This document shows positions 1 through 11,627 of a DNA stretch of 64,000 bases, piece after piece. The notes beneath the pieces were generated by a model. It was not told the DNA's origin. It made no database searches and saw only the letters and a list, made by a program, of their open reading frames with translations. Source of the stretch: Octopus vulgaris (Eukaryota); contig OX597830.1 in assembly GCA_951406725.2 (NCBI GenBank), positions 4,030,001-4,094,000 on the forward strand. The letters run 5' to 3'. The position numbers and the translations under genes are program-made. The first letter of the stretch is position 1, and the number at the start of each line of letters is the position of its first letter.

Positions 1-539
1 ATTCCAGCCAATAATGTGCTGTTTTATATTATTGATTTGAAATTTGCTCATGTTGGAAACCGATCTTGTCCAAATCCATATCATATTCTACTGATTAGTT
101 TATTGTCATTGTAATTACAGTCAGCGATAGGAAAGACAATTTCATTATCACCATTATCATCATTTTAATCAGAAGCAACAGTATGGTAATATTTTACTCA
201 TAAAATAATTGCTATCATCTTCATTATAGTGATAATCATCATTGTCATCATCATCAACATTATCATTAGTAGTTGCTGCAGTAGTAATTTTATTCTTTTC
301 CTTTATGTCAATATTCTGACCATAATCTAAAATTGGGAGTTGGTAGAAATAATAGCACTGGAGAAGAAATCCCCTTGCAGTGTTATCTTCTTTTATTCAT
401 TTGCAGATTTTTTCCCCCCCATTTTCTGCCAGGATTGACTTTAATTTCATCCACCAGTGATCAATAAAACAAATAACAGCAATATAATTATTTATTTTTC
501 AATAGTTTAATATGGAGGGATGGGTTGTAGGCATATTCT

Positions 540-830
540 TTGCAACTCCTTTAAGACAGGTGAGCTTGATGTGGCTAGTATTCTTGCACGTTGTATCAAA
601 AATCATGAGTGACAGACAATTCCAGAGGTGATGATCTAATGAGGAAGGATTGGGGGTAATAGTTTGTACTGGGTCTAAAGGATGAGGCAAAAGAATACAG
701 GTGATAGAAAGAGAATAGCTGGCAGAATTAGGTGAGGATGGAGGTGGAATGAAACCAGCTGTCTGAAAGGAACTAATAGTAGGAGAGAAAACACCTTGAT
801 GAGACTGAGCATCAATAAATATGAGTGGGG
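540..830 (-). mobile_element. Highly decayed CR1/L2-like LINE 3' end
   Basis: Minus-strand remnants resembling RTxxYxxSF...LWNxL of the CR1/L2 ORF2 C-terminus; a similar relic lies at ~2420-2680. Confidence 0.3.
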
Positions 831-879
831 TGAGAACTGATTTCTAATGTACCCCCCCCCACACACACACACACACAAA

Positions 880-1130
880 GCCACACTAAATTCATCCCTG
901 AAATCCTTATTGATTGCCCCTTTATGTAAAGCCTTCACAAATCATCCATAGTTTCCTTAACCATTGAATCAGTGTGCAAGGGAGCTTGTCAAAAGCCTTT
1001 TCCAGATCAGCGAATGTTAGGAATAGGAACTTAGTTGTAGCCTTGTATTTCTTTTATATTTGTCTCATAAGGAATATGGTATCCATGCTACCTCTTCATA
1101 GGACAGAATCAAGTTTCATAGAGAATTAAT
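880..1130 (-). mobile_element. Decayed RTE LINE reverse-transcriptase fragment
   Basis: Minus strand reads RGSMDTIFLMRQI*KKYKATTKFLFLTFADLEKAFDK, homologous to GKSTTDAIFLVRQLQEKYLAK...FVDMEKAFDRV at 60.1 kb. Confidence 0.7.
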
Positions 1131-2318
1131 TTTATTCTTATGAACTAAATATATCATTGCTACTTTCAATAGTAAATGGTACTTCTGCATCATTGATATG
1201 TCATTATGGCTAAACACTGTCTTATAAGGAGATTAGCCCCATGGAGCAAATCCATGGTCAAAGACATTCCAGTTATGACCATCTTGTCTTTTTAAGACTG
1301 GATGGAGCTATACCATCTCCTTGTGCTTAGTTGTTTAAGACAGCAGAGTGTCGATCACGAGAGATTCAGCTGCAATTTCTAGCAAAGTGAACAACTATTT
1401 GGCAGTTCCCTCTCATTGAGAACTAAATATTTCTGTTAAAGAGGCTGTGTAATACCAAAGTATAAACCATTTTGCTGCAATAATGGTACACTAGCAACTC
1501 CATTATTTGTCTCAATAAAAGACAGATTAGGTACCTACCTCGAATTGTATTGAGAGATAAAGATATAGAATATCATAATATCCATTTTTTTAAATTTTTA
1601 GTAGAACCAAAGAGTTTCTGAACTAAAACCAAAAGAATCCCAGAGACATTATGTTCTATGGTGTACCCTCTGAACCACAATCCAAGATAAGGTGCTGGCA
1701 GAAGGATCTGAACTTAAAGCCTGGAGCATGGTATGAACAGCTTGACCATGTGACTTTGTAGCCCAGCAATTTAACCTTATAAGTATTTCTTAAGATATCA
1801 TAAACTATTTTGTTATTGAAGACTTATATATAAAACGTAGATAGATAAATGTATTTAAACAAAGAATACTTTCTTGATAATATTCTATCAATAATTTCCA
1901 TTAGAAGATATACTCTGTGTGTGGGTGTACGTGTATGTGTGTAATATTAAAGTTATAAAAGTAATTTATTTAAGTATTGTTGAAGAATTCTATATTTGCT
2001 TCATTATAAAGGGATTTACTATAGAGACCAGATGTCTGGTGATAGAATTTCATAAAAGGAAGTGCTCTCTACCACTAATCTATAAACATCTTGCCATTGA
2101 AAGACACATAGTAATCTTATATTAATAAAAAGATTTACATTGAAAAATTATACTGTTTGTAATTTATTACAATCTGGCATTCAATTATCTTTTTCTTTTT
2201 AGTTTATGATGCTGAATAATTTTAAAGATTCAATGTCTGTCTTTCTCTGCACTATTTATCATTCAGTTCTTCTTTGTGTGTGTAAGATAGTGGATGAATA
2301 TTTGTGTGTGTGAGAGAA

Positions 2319-2319
<1 letters not shown>

Positions 2320-2374
<55 letters not shown>
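2320..2374. repeat. (AG)n microsatellite
   Basis: Directly visible. Confidence 0.95.
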
Positions 2375-2989
2375 TATGTGTGTTTGTGTGTAGGATTTTT
2401 TAATTAGTCCAAGAAGGAATAAGGATAGTGCTATGCCTACAGGTGTTGGCTATCATGGAATTGCATTCCCGATTCTCCCCTACAAGGCTCTTCACACTAT
2501 TCAACCTGTTTCTTCTGAAGCCCTCAAATAAAGCTGATGGGCATCTTGTAGGTTGGTATCTGTAGGAAAAGACTGGGTGAAGAGAGAAGTCCAGAAAATT
2601 TGCAGCTCTGGAAAGGATAGCTTTGTGCAAAGTGTTATGTATTGGGTTTTAGAAGCATGATGGAAGGAAAAAGAGATTGATGAAGAAAATATGTAGAGAG
2701 CTTGTTCAGAGGAGCAGAAGTGATTGATATAGCAACAGAAATGCCAAAGAAGAAGAATTGCACATATGAAGAAAAGACTGTAGCATGTTGGGGAATGGAT
2801 CCATGCCAGTCAGTAAAATAACCATATCAAACCACACCACTTTTTGAATTGATCATCTTCAAAGATTCCATTTTTTCCTTCAATTCCTACTGAAACAGGT
2901 ATATGTACATATGTGTGTGTGTGTGGATGGGTCGTAGTGTATACAGGGAAAGACTAAAAGAAGTGAGACTCAACTTCCTTGAGCAAAGA

Positions 2990-3300
2990 TGCAAAAGGTA
3001 TGTGGTTAAGAGCCAGATGGTTTAGTGCCTAACTTTGTGGTCGAAAGCTAAACCAAACTCTGAACTGGAAGCCACTTTATAGTATCAGTTGTCTGCCCAC
3101 TCTTTGTCTAGTGTAGGGACCCAATACTGTAATGGCTTAGGGTTCATTGGTCCATAGCTTTTCAATACATTATGAAAATACCTCAGAGATCTATGTCATA
3201 AATGTGGATGTATTCAAGATATACTATGATGAATTTTTGTCTGAGAGATGAGATGATCCCACGTCTCTTTTAAAGGGCAACATTTTAAAATTTACTCAGT
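2990..3300 (+). mobile_element. Decayed CR1-like LINE ORF2 C-terminus
   Basis: Remnant F-I-G-P-*-L-F-N-T-L...LRD...VDVFK...DEFL pattern, with stops and frameshifts. Confidence 0.45.
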
Positions 3301-4809
3301 CACCAAAACCAAACAAAGCAAGAAGCACATGGAAATGAAATGAAATAAACTAACAATCAATCCAGTTGAGGTGCCCCAGCATGGCCACAGCTTCTAATAA
3401 AACAAAAGTAAACACACACATCCCTTATCAGCGTTGGAATAATCTTTGGCAGTTCTGTTTGTTTTTGTTTTTTTCCTAGAGTACAGATTTCTTCCTCCAA
3501 ATATCTTTTAATTTCCTTTTATTTTTGAATTAGGTAAAATTTATTTGAAAAATTTGAGATTCTTTATTAACATTGATTAGCCTTCTGTTCAAAGTTAATT
3601 TTAATTTAATTATAATTGTATTTTTCTTTTTTTGTTTTCTGATGGTATTTTCCATTTATTCCTGCCTAGAAAGTCACTTTCAAATTCTTTTGTAATTGCT
3701 GAGATATTTCAGACCTTAAAAAGCAGATTCAAGCATATGAAATAATCTGTTCTTAAAACTTATAATGTTAGTGAAGCAATTTCTTAGGATTTCAAGTGGT
3801 TCTGCTAAATCCATAGATTTGGATGGAACCCTGTTGAAACAGCTCTTCAAGAGAAGAAGTGAGGGACTGTTGTATATTCTTTGCAATACTTCTGTTAATA
3901 TATTCGTTCAACCAATCCTCTTAAGTTCGCAAAAAATTGAGGAAAGAGAAATAATTCTGAAGCATTCCATCATAGTGTTTAAAGGAAATATACTTCTTTT
4001 GTATTCTTTTTTAAAGCTTTTGTCATATATTTGGTTTCCTGAAAGCTCTCAAGATATTTAAGTCATGGAATACATATATATAATTTTTGTATTAAGATTA
4101 CTTTATTTATAATTACTGTACAAATTTGATCTGAGACAAGTCATGAAGATTTCTGAATAACGTATTATACTATTCTTCATTTTTCATATTCAGTTTGTAT
4201 AGATAATTGGTGCCTTGCAGTTGAAACATATAATCAACAATCTATGCATTATATTCTTGGATTATAAATCATTAATTAATATGCTATATACTAAAATTAG
4301 CAATCAATAATCTGTTAATGCAAACACACACACACACACATATGGTAATAAGACACATATGAACCTCACAAGATTCATCTTAATTCAGCTAATCAAGGCA
4401 TTTATTTACTAAGGGTGCTCGGAGATTAATTATATATATACATACTCATTATATACAGATACATACATAATCACTTTTTAGCATAAATATATACATTCAC
4501 ACATATTTTCCAACCCATACTTGCTTGTTAAAAGCAGACATAAAACCGATACTGATTTTATATCACCATTATCATCATCATCATTATAACAATTTCTATA
4601 TCTGCGTCTCCAACTTTACTTGGCTTAGACAATAATTCCTGAGACAGTATTCTGTGGTTTGATGTTCTTCCTGTCGCCAACACTTCTTTGCCAAGTAAGA
4701 ATTTATTTCACTGCTCTTTACACACTAAAATTTTTGAGCTATGGAACATGTTTACAAGAGGCATAAACAAATGTCACCATTTTGTGCTGACAGTGTTTAT
4801 ATGAGATGC

Positions 4810-6045
4810 CACAACAGAGAATTTAAGAAGGGCTGCCCTTGGGATCTCCTCTATGCTGATGACCATGTTCTTATAGCTGAATCACTACCAGAACTAGAGA
4901 AGAAGTTTCAGGTGTGGAAGCAAGATCTAGAATCAAAGAGTTGATTTAACAAAGACCAAAGTCTTAGCTAGTAGGAAAACAGAGAAATCACAAATCCCAT
5001 CAGGGCGATAGCCCTTCTCATTATGTAGAAAAGATGTAGATAGAAACTCCATAAGATGTACCCAGAGCAAGCTATGGACACATTAGAAGTGCAGTCGTGT
5101 CAGGAGGTTAACAGAGAAAGTAGTCTTTGTGTGTAGCAGGTGTATAGGCACAATAAACACTAGGAATGTACAAAGGAATAGACTTTGTCTAAAGCCCAGG
5201 GTAATACTTAGAAGTAGTAGATAGTTTCTGTTAGCTCAGTGACCAAGTCAGCAGTGGAGGAGGATGCTCTGAAAGCATAGCTGATAGAATAAGAACAGGC
5301 TGGGTGAAGTTCACACTGTTGCTACTTTTGTTGATAACAAAGAGTGTCTCTCCCTTGGAGGTAAAGGCAGATTGTATGATACCTGCATGTGAACGGCCAT
5401 GGTGCATGGCAGTGAAACATAGGCTATAACTGTAGAGCGCCATGCAAAGGTTTAAAGCAATGTAACTAGTGTGTTCCACTGGCTGTGCAGTGTCAGTGTG
5501 CAAGTACGACAGAGTGTAAGTGTCTTAAGAGAAAAAGGTGAGTATAAGGGGCGTCAGCTGTTGTGTGCAAGAGAGAAGACTGTGCTGGTATGGCCATGGG
5601 ATGTGTTTGGATGAGGACAACAACAGAAAGAAGTGTTGATTTCTATTTGTAGAGGGAACCTGTGCTTGAGGTTGACTCAGGAAGATGTGAAATGGTGAAA
5701 TATGATGTTCCAATGTTGAGTCCCATGGAGGCAATGGCAAGTGGCTTAGACAATTGGTGATTTGCTGTGCTTGAGAAGACGCATGAAGCTAAGTGAAATT
5801 GTAGTCATGGCCAGTGTCAGTGACATGTAGAAGTCTCTTGATATACTCTGTGGGGTGGCTGGATTTAGAAAGGTTCATCCAGCCCTAGAAACCAAGCCAA
5901 ACCAGACTGGAGTCTGGTGCAGCTATCCAGCATACGAGTCAAACTGCCCAGTATATGACAGCATGGGAAATGAACACTAAATGATGATGATGATGATGAT
6001 AATGACAATGAAACTGATGATGGTGATGATGAGGATGATGATAAT
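4810..6045 (+). mobile_element. Degenerate 5'-truncated RTE LINE (RT C-terminal half, 3'UTR, (GAT)n tail)
   Basis: GCPWDLLYADDHVLIAESLPELEKKFQVWK; collinear with the younger copy at 62213-63695; ends in ...aaatgatgatgat. Confidence 0.9.
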
Positions 6046-6775
6046 ATATACACAACAGGCTTCTTTCAGTTTCTAGCTACCAAATCCACTCAGAAGGATT
6101 TGGTCAACCTGAGGCTGTGTAACTGTTGTTTGATTATTGAACAAGTGTTTACTTTTGAAATAATAAACATATTTCCCTACTCCACACCAAGTATTGAGTT
6201 CTACAGTAGATTTTGTTGACAGCTTGTATAACATGCACTTGTATCAGTTTTACAGTTTTTACATTCTTGTATGTGTGTGTGAGTATGTGCATATGTATTC
6301 ATGTAGGTGTATACACACATACATACATACATACTCACTGGAAGCATAAATATATGTGTGTGTGCATGTGTATAGGTATGTACTCAGCTACACATATACA
6401 CACCCACACAATCTAACGACATCAATTAGTAATCCATATTTTCTCTAACAATATTTATGAATAATGTATGACTGCAGCACTGCTTGAATCTGCTTCCACA
6501 CACACGCATGCACAAGTCCAGACGCCCACGCAAGCATACAGACATACATGTACATGAGTAATACATGAGCAATACATGCATGTGTATACATACATACATA
6601 CACGCACACACACACGGACTCACACACATACATGTAGGTATGCACTGTCTTATTTGTTAGAACTGTAGGCACAGAATTAGAATGTTGAACATTGCAGATA
6701 TCTTGTAAAATTAATCTGCCATGTTGAACACATTAATTACACTTGATATCTTTATATCCATGACATCAGCATATA

Positions 6776-6825
<50 letters not shown>

Positions 6826-7171
6826 CGTGAACAATATTATCTTTGGTGGTCATGAGAGATAATTAAGGCTCTACTGTTTTTTTAGGGAGTTTTTAACTGA
6901 CGGTAGTTTAAGGCAAGGGGATGCTAGAAGGTGTCAGTCAGTTAAGCAATAAGATGTTGGAATTTCTTGGAAACAGGTTTTTATCTTAACTCTTGTGGAA
7001 GTTTATCTTCTCTGATGCCCTGTCAGATAAGTTTTGAAAATACATGTGAAACCCTGGCAAAGCAATATTCTTCACTTATGTGTAGCTGAGATTTTTCTTT
7101 AAGCAGCTACTTCTCAGTATGGGCAGTGTAATGTTAGAATAGTTGACTTTTTTAATTTATATATATATATA

Positions 7172-7490
7172 TGATACTTTTTATAATTATGAGTATAATC
7201 ATAATTAGGGTTCGGCAAAAAATTTGCCTCACCACATACTGAACAATTGTTTTTTAGTATATGTTGTCTGGGAGTTTCTTATTATAGTAGAAGAAATAGC
7301 TAAATTCTTTGGCTGCTATTTCTAAAGTTTGGTGAAGCAAAATTTTTGCAGAACCCTAATTATAATTATAGTCATAATTATAAAAAATATTGTTTAAGTT
7401 TACCAAAAATGGTCCCTTTAACATGCCAAATGCTACTTGCTGGAATTATTAATTATAAATTAATTGATTAAATTTACCCTTTATTATTAT

Positions 7491-7493
<3 letters not shown>
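7172..7493. repeat. (TA)n-flanked module containing ~55-bp inverted repeats
   Basis: Arms ~7178-7234 and ~7330-7385 (ttataattatgagtataatcataattagggttcggcaaaaaatttgcctcacca vs reverse complement); (TA)n on both sides. Confidence 0.7.
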
Positions 7494-7524
<31 letters not shown>

Positions 7525-7727
7525 CTGACAACAAATATTGCTTTGCAGAACACAAGACATATTAACCACATAGAGAAACTGTATTACATTTAAGTATCTC
7601 ATCACATGAATAGGGAAATGTCTATGGAAGCATGTTATTCAAATGTGGATTTACTGGTCTTTATTATTTTCTGAATTTGGTATACAGGAAAAAATAAGAA
7701 ATGTTGTGTAAAAGAATTTGAATGTAG

Positions 7728-8120
7728 GCACATGCATGGGTGTGTAGTAAGAAGCTTGTTTCCCAACCTCATAGTTCAGGGTTCAGTCCCACTGCATGGC
7801 AACTTGGGGAAGTGCCTTCTACTATAGCCTCAGGTTGGCCAAAGCCTTGTGAGTGGATTTCGTAGACGGAAACTGGAAGAAGCCAGTCGTGTATGTATGT
7901 GTGTGTGTGTGTCCTTGTATTTGTCCACCACCATCGCTTGACAATTGATGGTGGTGTGTTTATGCCCTTGTAACTTAGTGGTTCAGCAAAAGAGCCCAAT
8001 AGAATATGGACCAGTACTTGAAAACAAATAGTTCTGGAGTCGATTCATTAGATTAAGATTCTTCAAGGCAGTGCCCCAGTATGGCCACAGGCCAATGACT
8101 GAAACAAGTAAAAGATAAAA
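7728..8120 (+). mobile_element. tRNA-derived SINE, family A
   Basis: A/B-box-like head (gggttcagtccc), ttggg(c/g)aagtg core, internal (TG)n, tail ...gactgaaacaagtaaaaga; many copies in the window. Confidence 0.85.
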
Positions 8121-8164
8121 TATCTTTTTTGATATAATACATCTAAGAATTATCTCCATTATAC

Positions 8165-8410
8165 AAGGCAGCAAGATGGGAGAACCATTAGCATACCAAG
8201 CAAACTGCTTCATGGAATTTCCGCTGTCTTTACATTCTGAGTTCGAATTCGGCAAAGGTAGACTTTACTAGCTCACTGCCTTATATAAGAATAATAATGC
8301 ATGGCTAACATAAGTACCAGTTATCAGTTTAGCATTCATGTTGATGTAATCGATTTACCCCACCCCTTCCATAAAATTGATGGCCTTGTGCCAAATTTTG
8401 AAACCATTAT
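8165..8410 (+). mobile_element. tRNA-derived SINE, family B (degenerate)
   Basis: gagttcgaattc B box, taagtaccag, gatgtaatcgatt, ggccttgtgccaaa blocks shared with 35868-36082; another partial copy at ~8645-8780. Confidence 0.7.
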
Positions 8411-9075
8411 TACCTTCATATCCATCATTAGTTTTTAATATTCAGAGCTATGATCATCAGTGTGCAGAAGAGGATTGCAGCAAGTACTTTCCTGAAATTA
8501 CAAATTTAGGAATTAGAAAACACTTCAAATGTTAAATAATATATGTAAAAGATATTCTTAATCATAAAATTTTAATTTCAAAGATCATCAAATCTCATTT
8601 TTTTTTAGAAACGAGAACATGCTTTTAATATTTTCATTCCCTTTAAGGCAACAAGCAGGCAGAATTGAGTTCAAATTCTGCTGAGGTTGACTTTACCTTC
8701 CATTCTTTCAGGATCAATAAAATAAGTACCATTCAATGTAACTGACTTCCCACCTCTCAAATTTGCAGGCCTTGTGTCTCCAAAGCGAAAATTTTTTTAA
8801 AATCCCATTTATGTTTTAAGTGGTTTGTTCTTTACTCCTCCTCAATTGTGTTATTCTAAGATAACATATCTTTACCTGACAGAATAAGAACTAAGACCCT
8901 CTAGTTCTAAATTAATAATAAGTTTCTTATCATCTATGCTACTGATGCATTTAATGTGAGGAGCATAAATAATATGTTCATAAGACTACATCATGGATAA
9001 GTGTGCTGCTACAATTAATTCATAAAAAGAGGTTTATTAGTGCAAATTCAGCACTAAGTAACTAGTTGACAATCT

Positions 9076-9523
9076 ATCTATCTATTTATCCACTCAGTCA
9101 AAGTCGACTCTCAGTTACTCGATGGATCAGTGTCCTCCAGCCAGTTCTATCCTGGGCCGCTTCTTTCAGATTGGCTATGTCCATTCTCATATCACTCTTG
9201 ATGGTGTCAAGCCAGCGGGTTCTTGGTCGGCCTCTTCCTCTCTTGCCACTGACCATTCTGAGCATGATGTCCTTCTCCAGGGATTTTCTCCGCATAATAT
9301 GACCAAAATACGTCAATCTATGCTTGGTGATCCTAGCTTCTAGCGACAGTTTCAGCTTGATCTGGTTAAGAACTTCTCCATTGGTGAGCTTCACTGTCCA
9401 TGGAATCCGTAAAAGTCTTCTCCAACACCAAAGCTCGAATGCATTAATTCTCTTCTGGTCAGCTTTCTTTAGTGTCCAGGTCTCGCATCCATATGTTGCT
9501 ATTGGGAAGACAATTGCATTCAT
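9076..9523 (-). mobile_element. 5'-truncated RTE-BovB-like LINE 3' end with open ORF
   Basis: VFPIATYGCETWTLKKADQKRINAFELWCWRRLLRIPWT...YFGHIMRR...GKRGRGRPRTRWLD...HRVTESRL; (TAGA)n tail; candidate TSD caatct at 9070-9075 and 9524-9529. Confidence 0.92.
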
Positions 9524-10761
9524 CAATCTGCATCAAAATATGGTGTGAATGTAAAGATTATCAAAAATATTTCCTCCCTAAAGATGAAGCTAATTAAATA
9601 TTTAAACATTTAAAATGTTTAGAAATCACTAATTTTGAATCACCCAGATGTATCATTTCTTATATATCAAAAACAGTTTATTGAAGGCCTGTTTACAAGC
9701 AGTTTTGATGGTCATTGTTGAAGACATCTGACAGAACCTGACATGGACAAACTGGCCCAAACTGTCTCAAAGAAGTGGCAGAAATGTATGAAAGTATGTA
9801 TGGAAAACAAATATATTGAGTTATTCAAACATAAAGTATTTCGTAATGTGTCACCTACCATGTAGTATCATGCAAATGAGCTGGGCTTGACCCATTTTTG
9901 GAAAGAAAGACAATCTTGAAGAGTTGTTAAGAAGCAGTAACAAGTTACTTCTGTCCTTGTCCAAGCTGCCAAAAAGTCCCTTCTGGAACTACTTTCATAG
10001 TGATATTAGATGAGTGCACATGATACTCTATCTATTTATTTAGGATTCCTGTTTTATTGACATTCTAGTAATTATGCGCACACACACAGTTATAACTGTG
10101 AAACACTGATTTATATAAAATATATATCTCATTCGCAGTTCTATTTACCTCTATCTATTTAGTGTGTAATAAGGCTAAAAAAGCTTCTGAATTTTAAATA
10201 GTAATTAGGTTAATGAAGTAAGTGAAACAATTAGTACAATTTGTATGCAATCTTATAAAAGCTATTTAATATGAATTTACTTAATTAATGAAATCATAAA
10301 TTATTGCATGCTGACCCACTATTTAAAAGTCATTTTTATGAGCTCCATACTTGAAGGAAACGGGGGTTCCTTTATTTCCTGTGAAGTCATGAAAATATAT
10401 TTGATATCTTCAATATGCAATTATTGTACATTTTCTTTGTAACTTCATAAATGTATGCACTTTATTTGTATTGTTAGCATAGAGGATTTAATTATCCAAA
10501 TCGTGAAATATATAGCCATTTTGAATCCAAATGAATTGCACACATCAATGTGTTCATATATATATATACCTGACTGACCTTCCAAAAATAGCAATCAAAT
10601 CTCCCTCTGCAATCTTAAAAAAAGAAGGACATATTCATGGCTTTATCTCAATTAATTTTGTAAATAGTGAATAACTTAGTTAAAATAACTTTTTTATTAT
10701 TAAACTGTTTGTAACTTAAATTAACATGTAGTTTTGGTGAGAGGTTAGAATTTAGATCACT

Positions 10762-10989
10762 TTAACCATTTAACATTCAAACTGACCATGTCCTGCCTAA
10801 ATATTCTACCTGTCTTTTGTTCAAACCAACCAGATCCAGTCTCTCACACCTACCCTACAATGTACTTCTCAAAATAAACAATCACATCATAAAATTCCTG
10901 AAGCTACGAGATGATGCAGGATTAATTGAAAACCCTTTGAATTAATAAGCACAACATTTGACAGGAAAATCTGAATGTTAAAGGGTTAA
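10762..10989. mobile_element. piggyBac-type MITE (TTAA-flanked)
   Basis: ttaa-ccatttaacattca ... tgaatgttaaaggg-ttaa terminal inverted repeats; second copy at 38335-38957. Confidence 0.75.
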
Positions 10990-11584
10990 AGGTGAAAGTT
11001 TGTATCAAGGGGTTAAATAAAGTAGGCTTTTAAAGCAGGGTGGTCATGAATAGAGTACCATTGATCATAAATCTGCTGCTGCTGCAACAGAGATGATCTA
11101 CAGAAAACAACAAGAATTCAATTCTCTCTAACATCCGAAGGTTAAGGCTTTATAGATTTTGTGGTTGCATATTTGAAGAGTGTTTTTCAAAATGGAAGAA
11201 AGCCATTTTATAAAAGTAGAGTCTTGTTGCTTATATAAATTTTCAAAAAATTAATTTTAACTGTTAATTGAATTTCCTTTTTGATAATATTTTTTAGCAT
11301 TATCTGGTATGGTACAACCTTTATGAATTGCAATAAAAGCTTTCTCTCCTCTGCTCTTCCTCTCTCTCTCTCTTTCTCTCCTTCTTACATAATGTTTTAA
11401 CATAATATTCTTTACTGTCAATTGTTAACTATTTCTAAGTTGGCTGGAATACATTTCCTTTGAAATTGTCTCCAAGCGCCTTAATAACGTAAAATTTAAT
11501 ATTTGTTGGAAACAGATTTCCTCATACAAAATGTTTAATTAATAAGTTATCTCATTTTTGTATAACTCAAATATAACATTTGCT

Positions 11585-11627
11585 GTAACTAACACATCTT
11601 TCTTTTCTTTCTTTCTTACAGGTAAGT
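11585..11627 (+). promoter_or_regulatory. Juxtaposed 3' and 5' splice sites (candidate recursive-splicing ratchet point)
   Basis: Branch-point-like aactaac (11587-11593), tctttcttttctttctttctt tract, acAG ending 11621, immediately followed by GTAAGT (11622-11627). Confidence 0.7.

Noticed and set aside
2865-2905. Possible second AG|GT site (ctgaaacag|gtatat)
   Set aside because: Pyrimidine tract is interrupted, donor is weak and there is no clear branch point.
8868-8895. Minus-strand ttcttattctgtcag|gtaaag
   Set aside because: Short tract and weak donor; expected by chance in AT-rich DNA.
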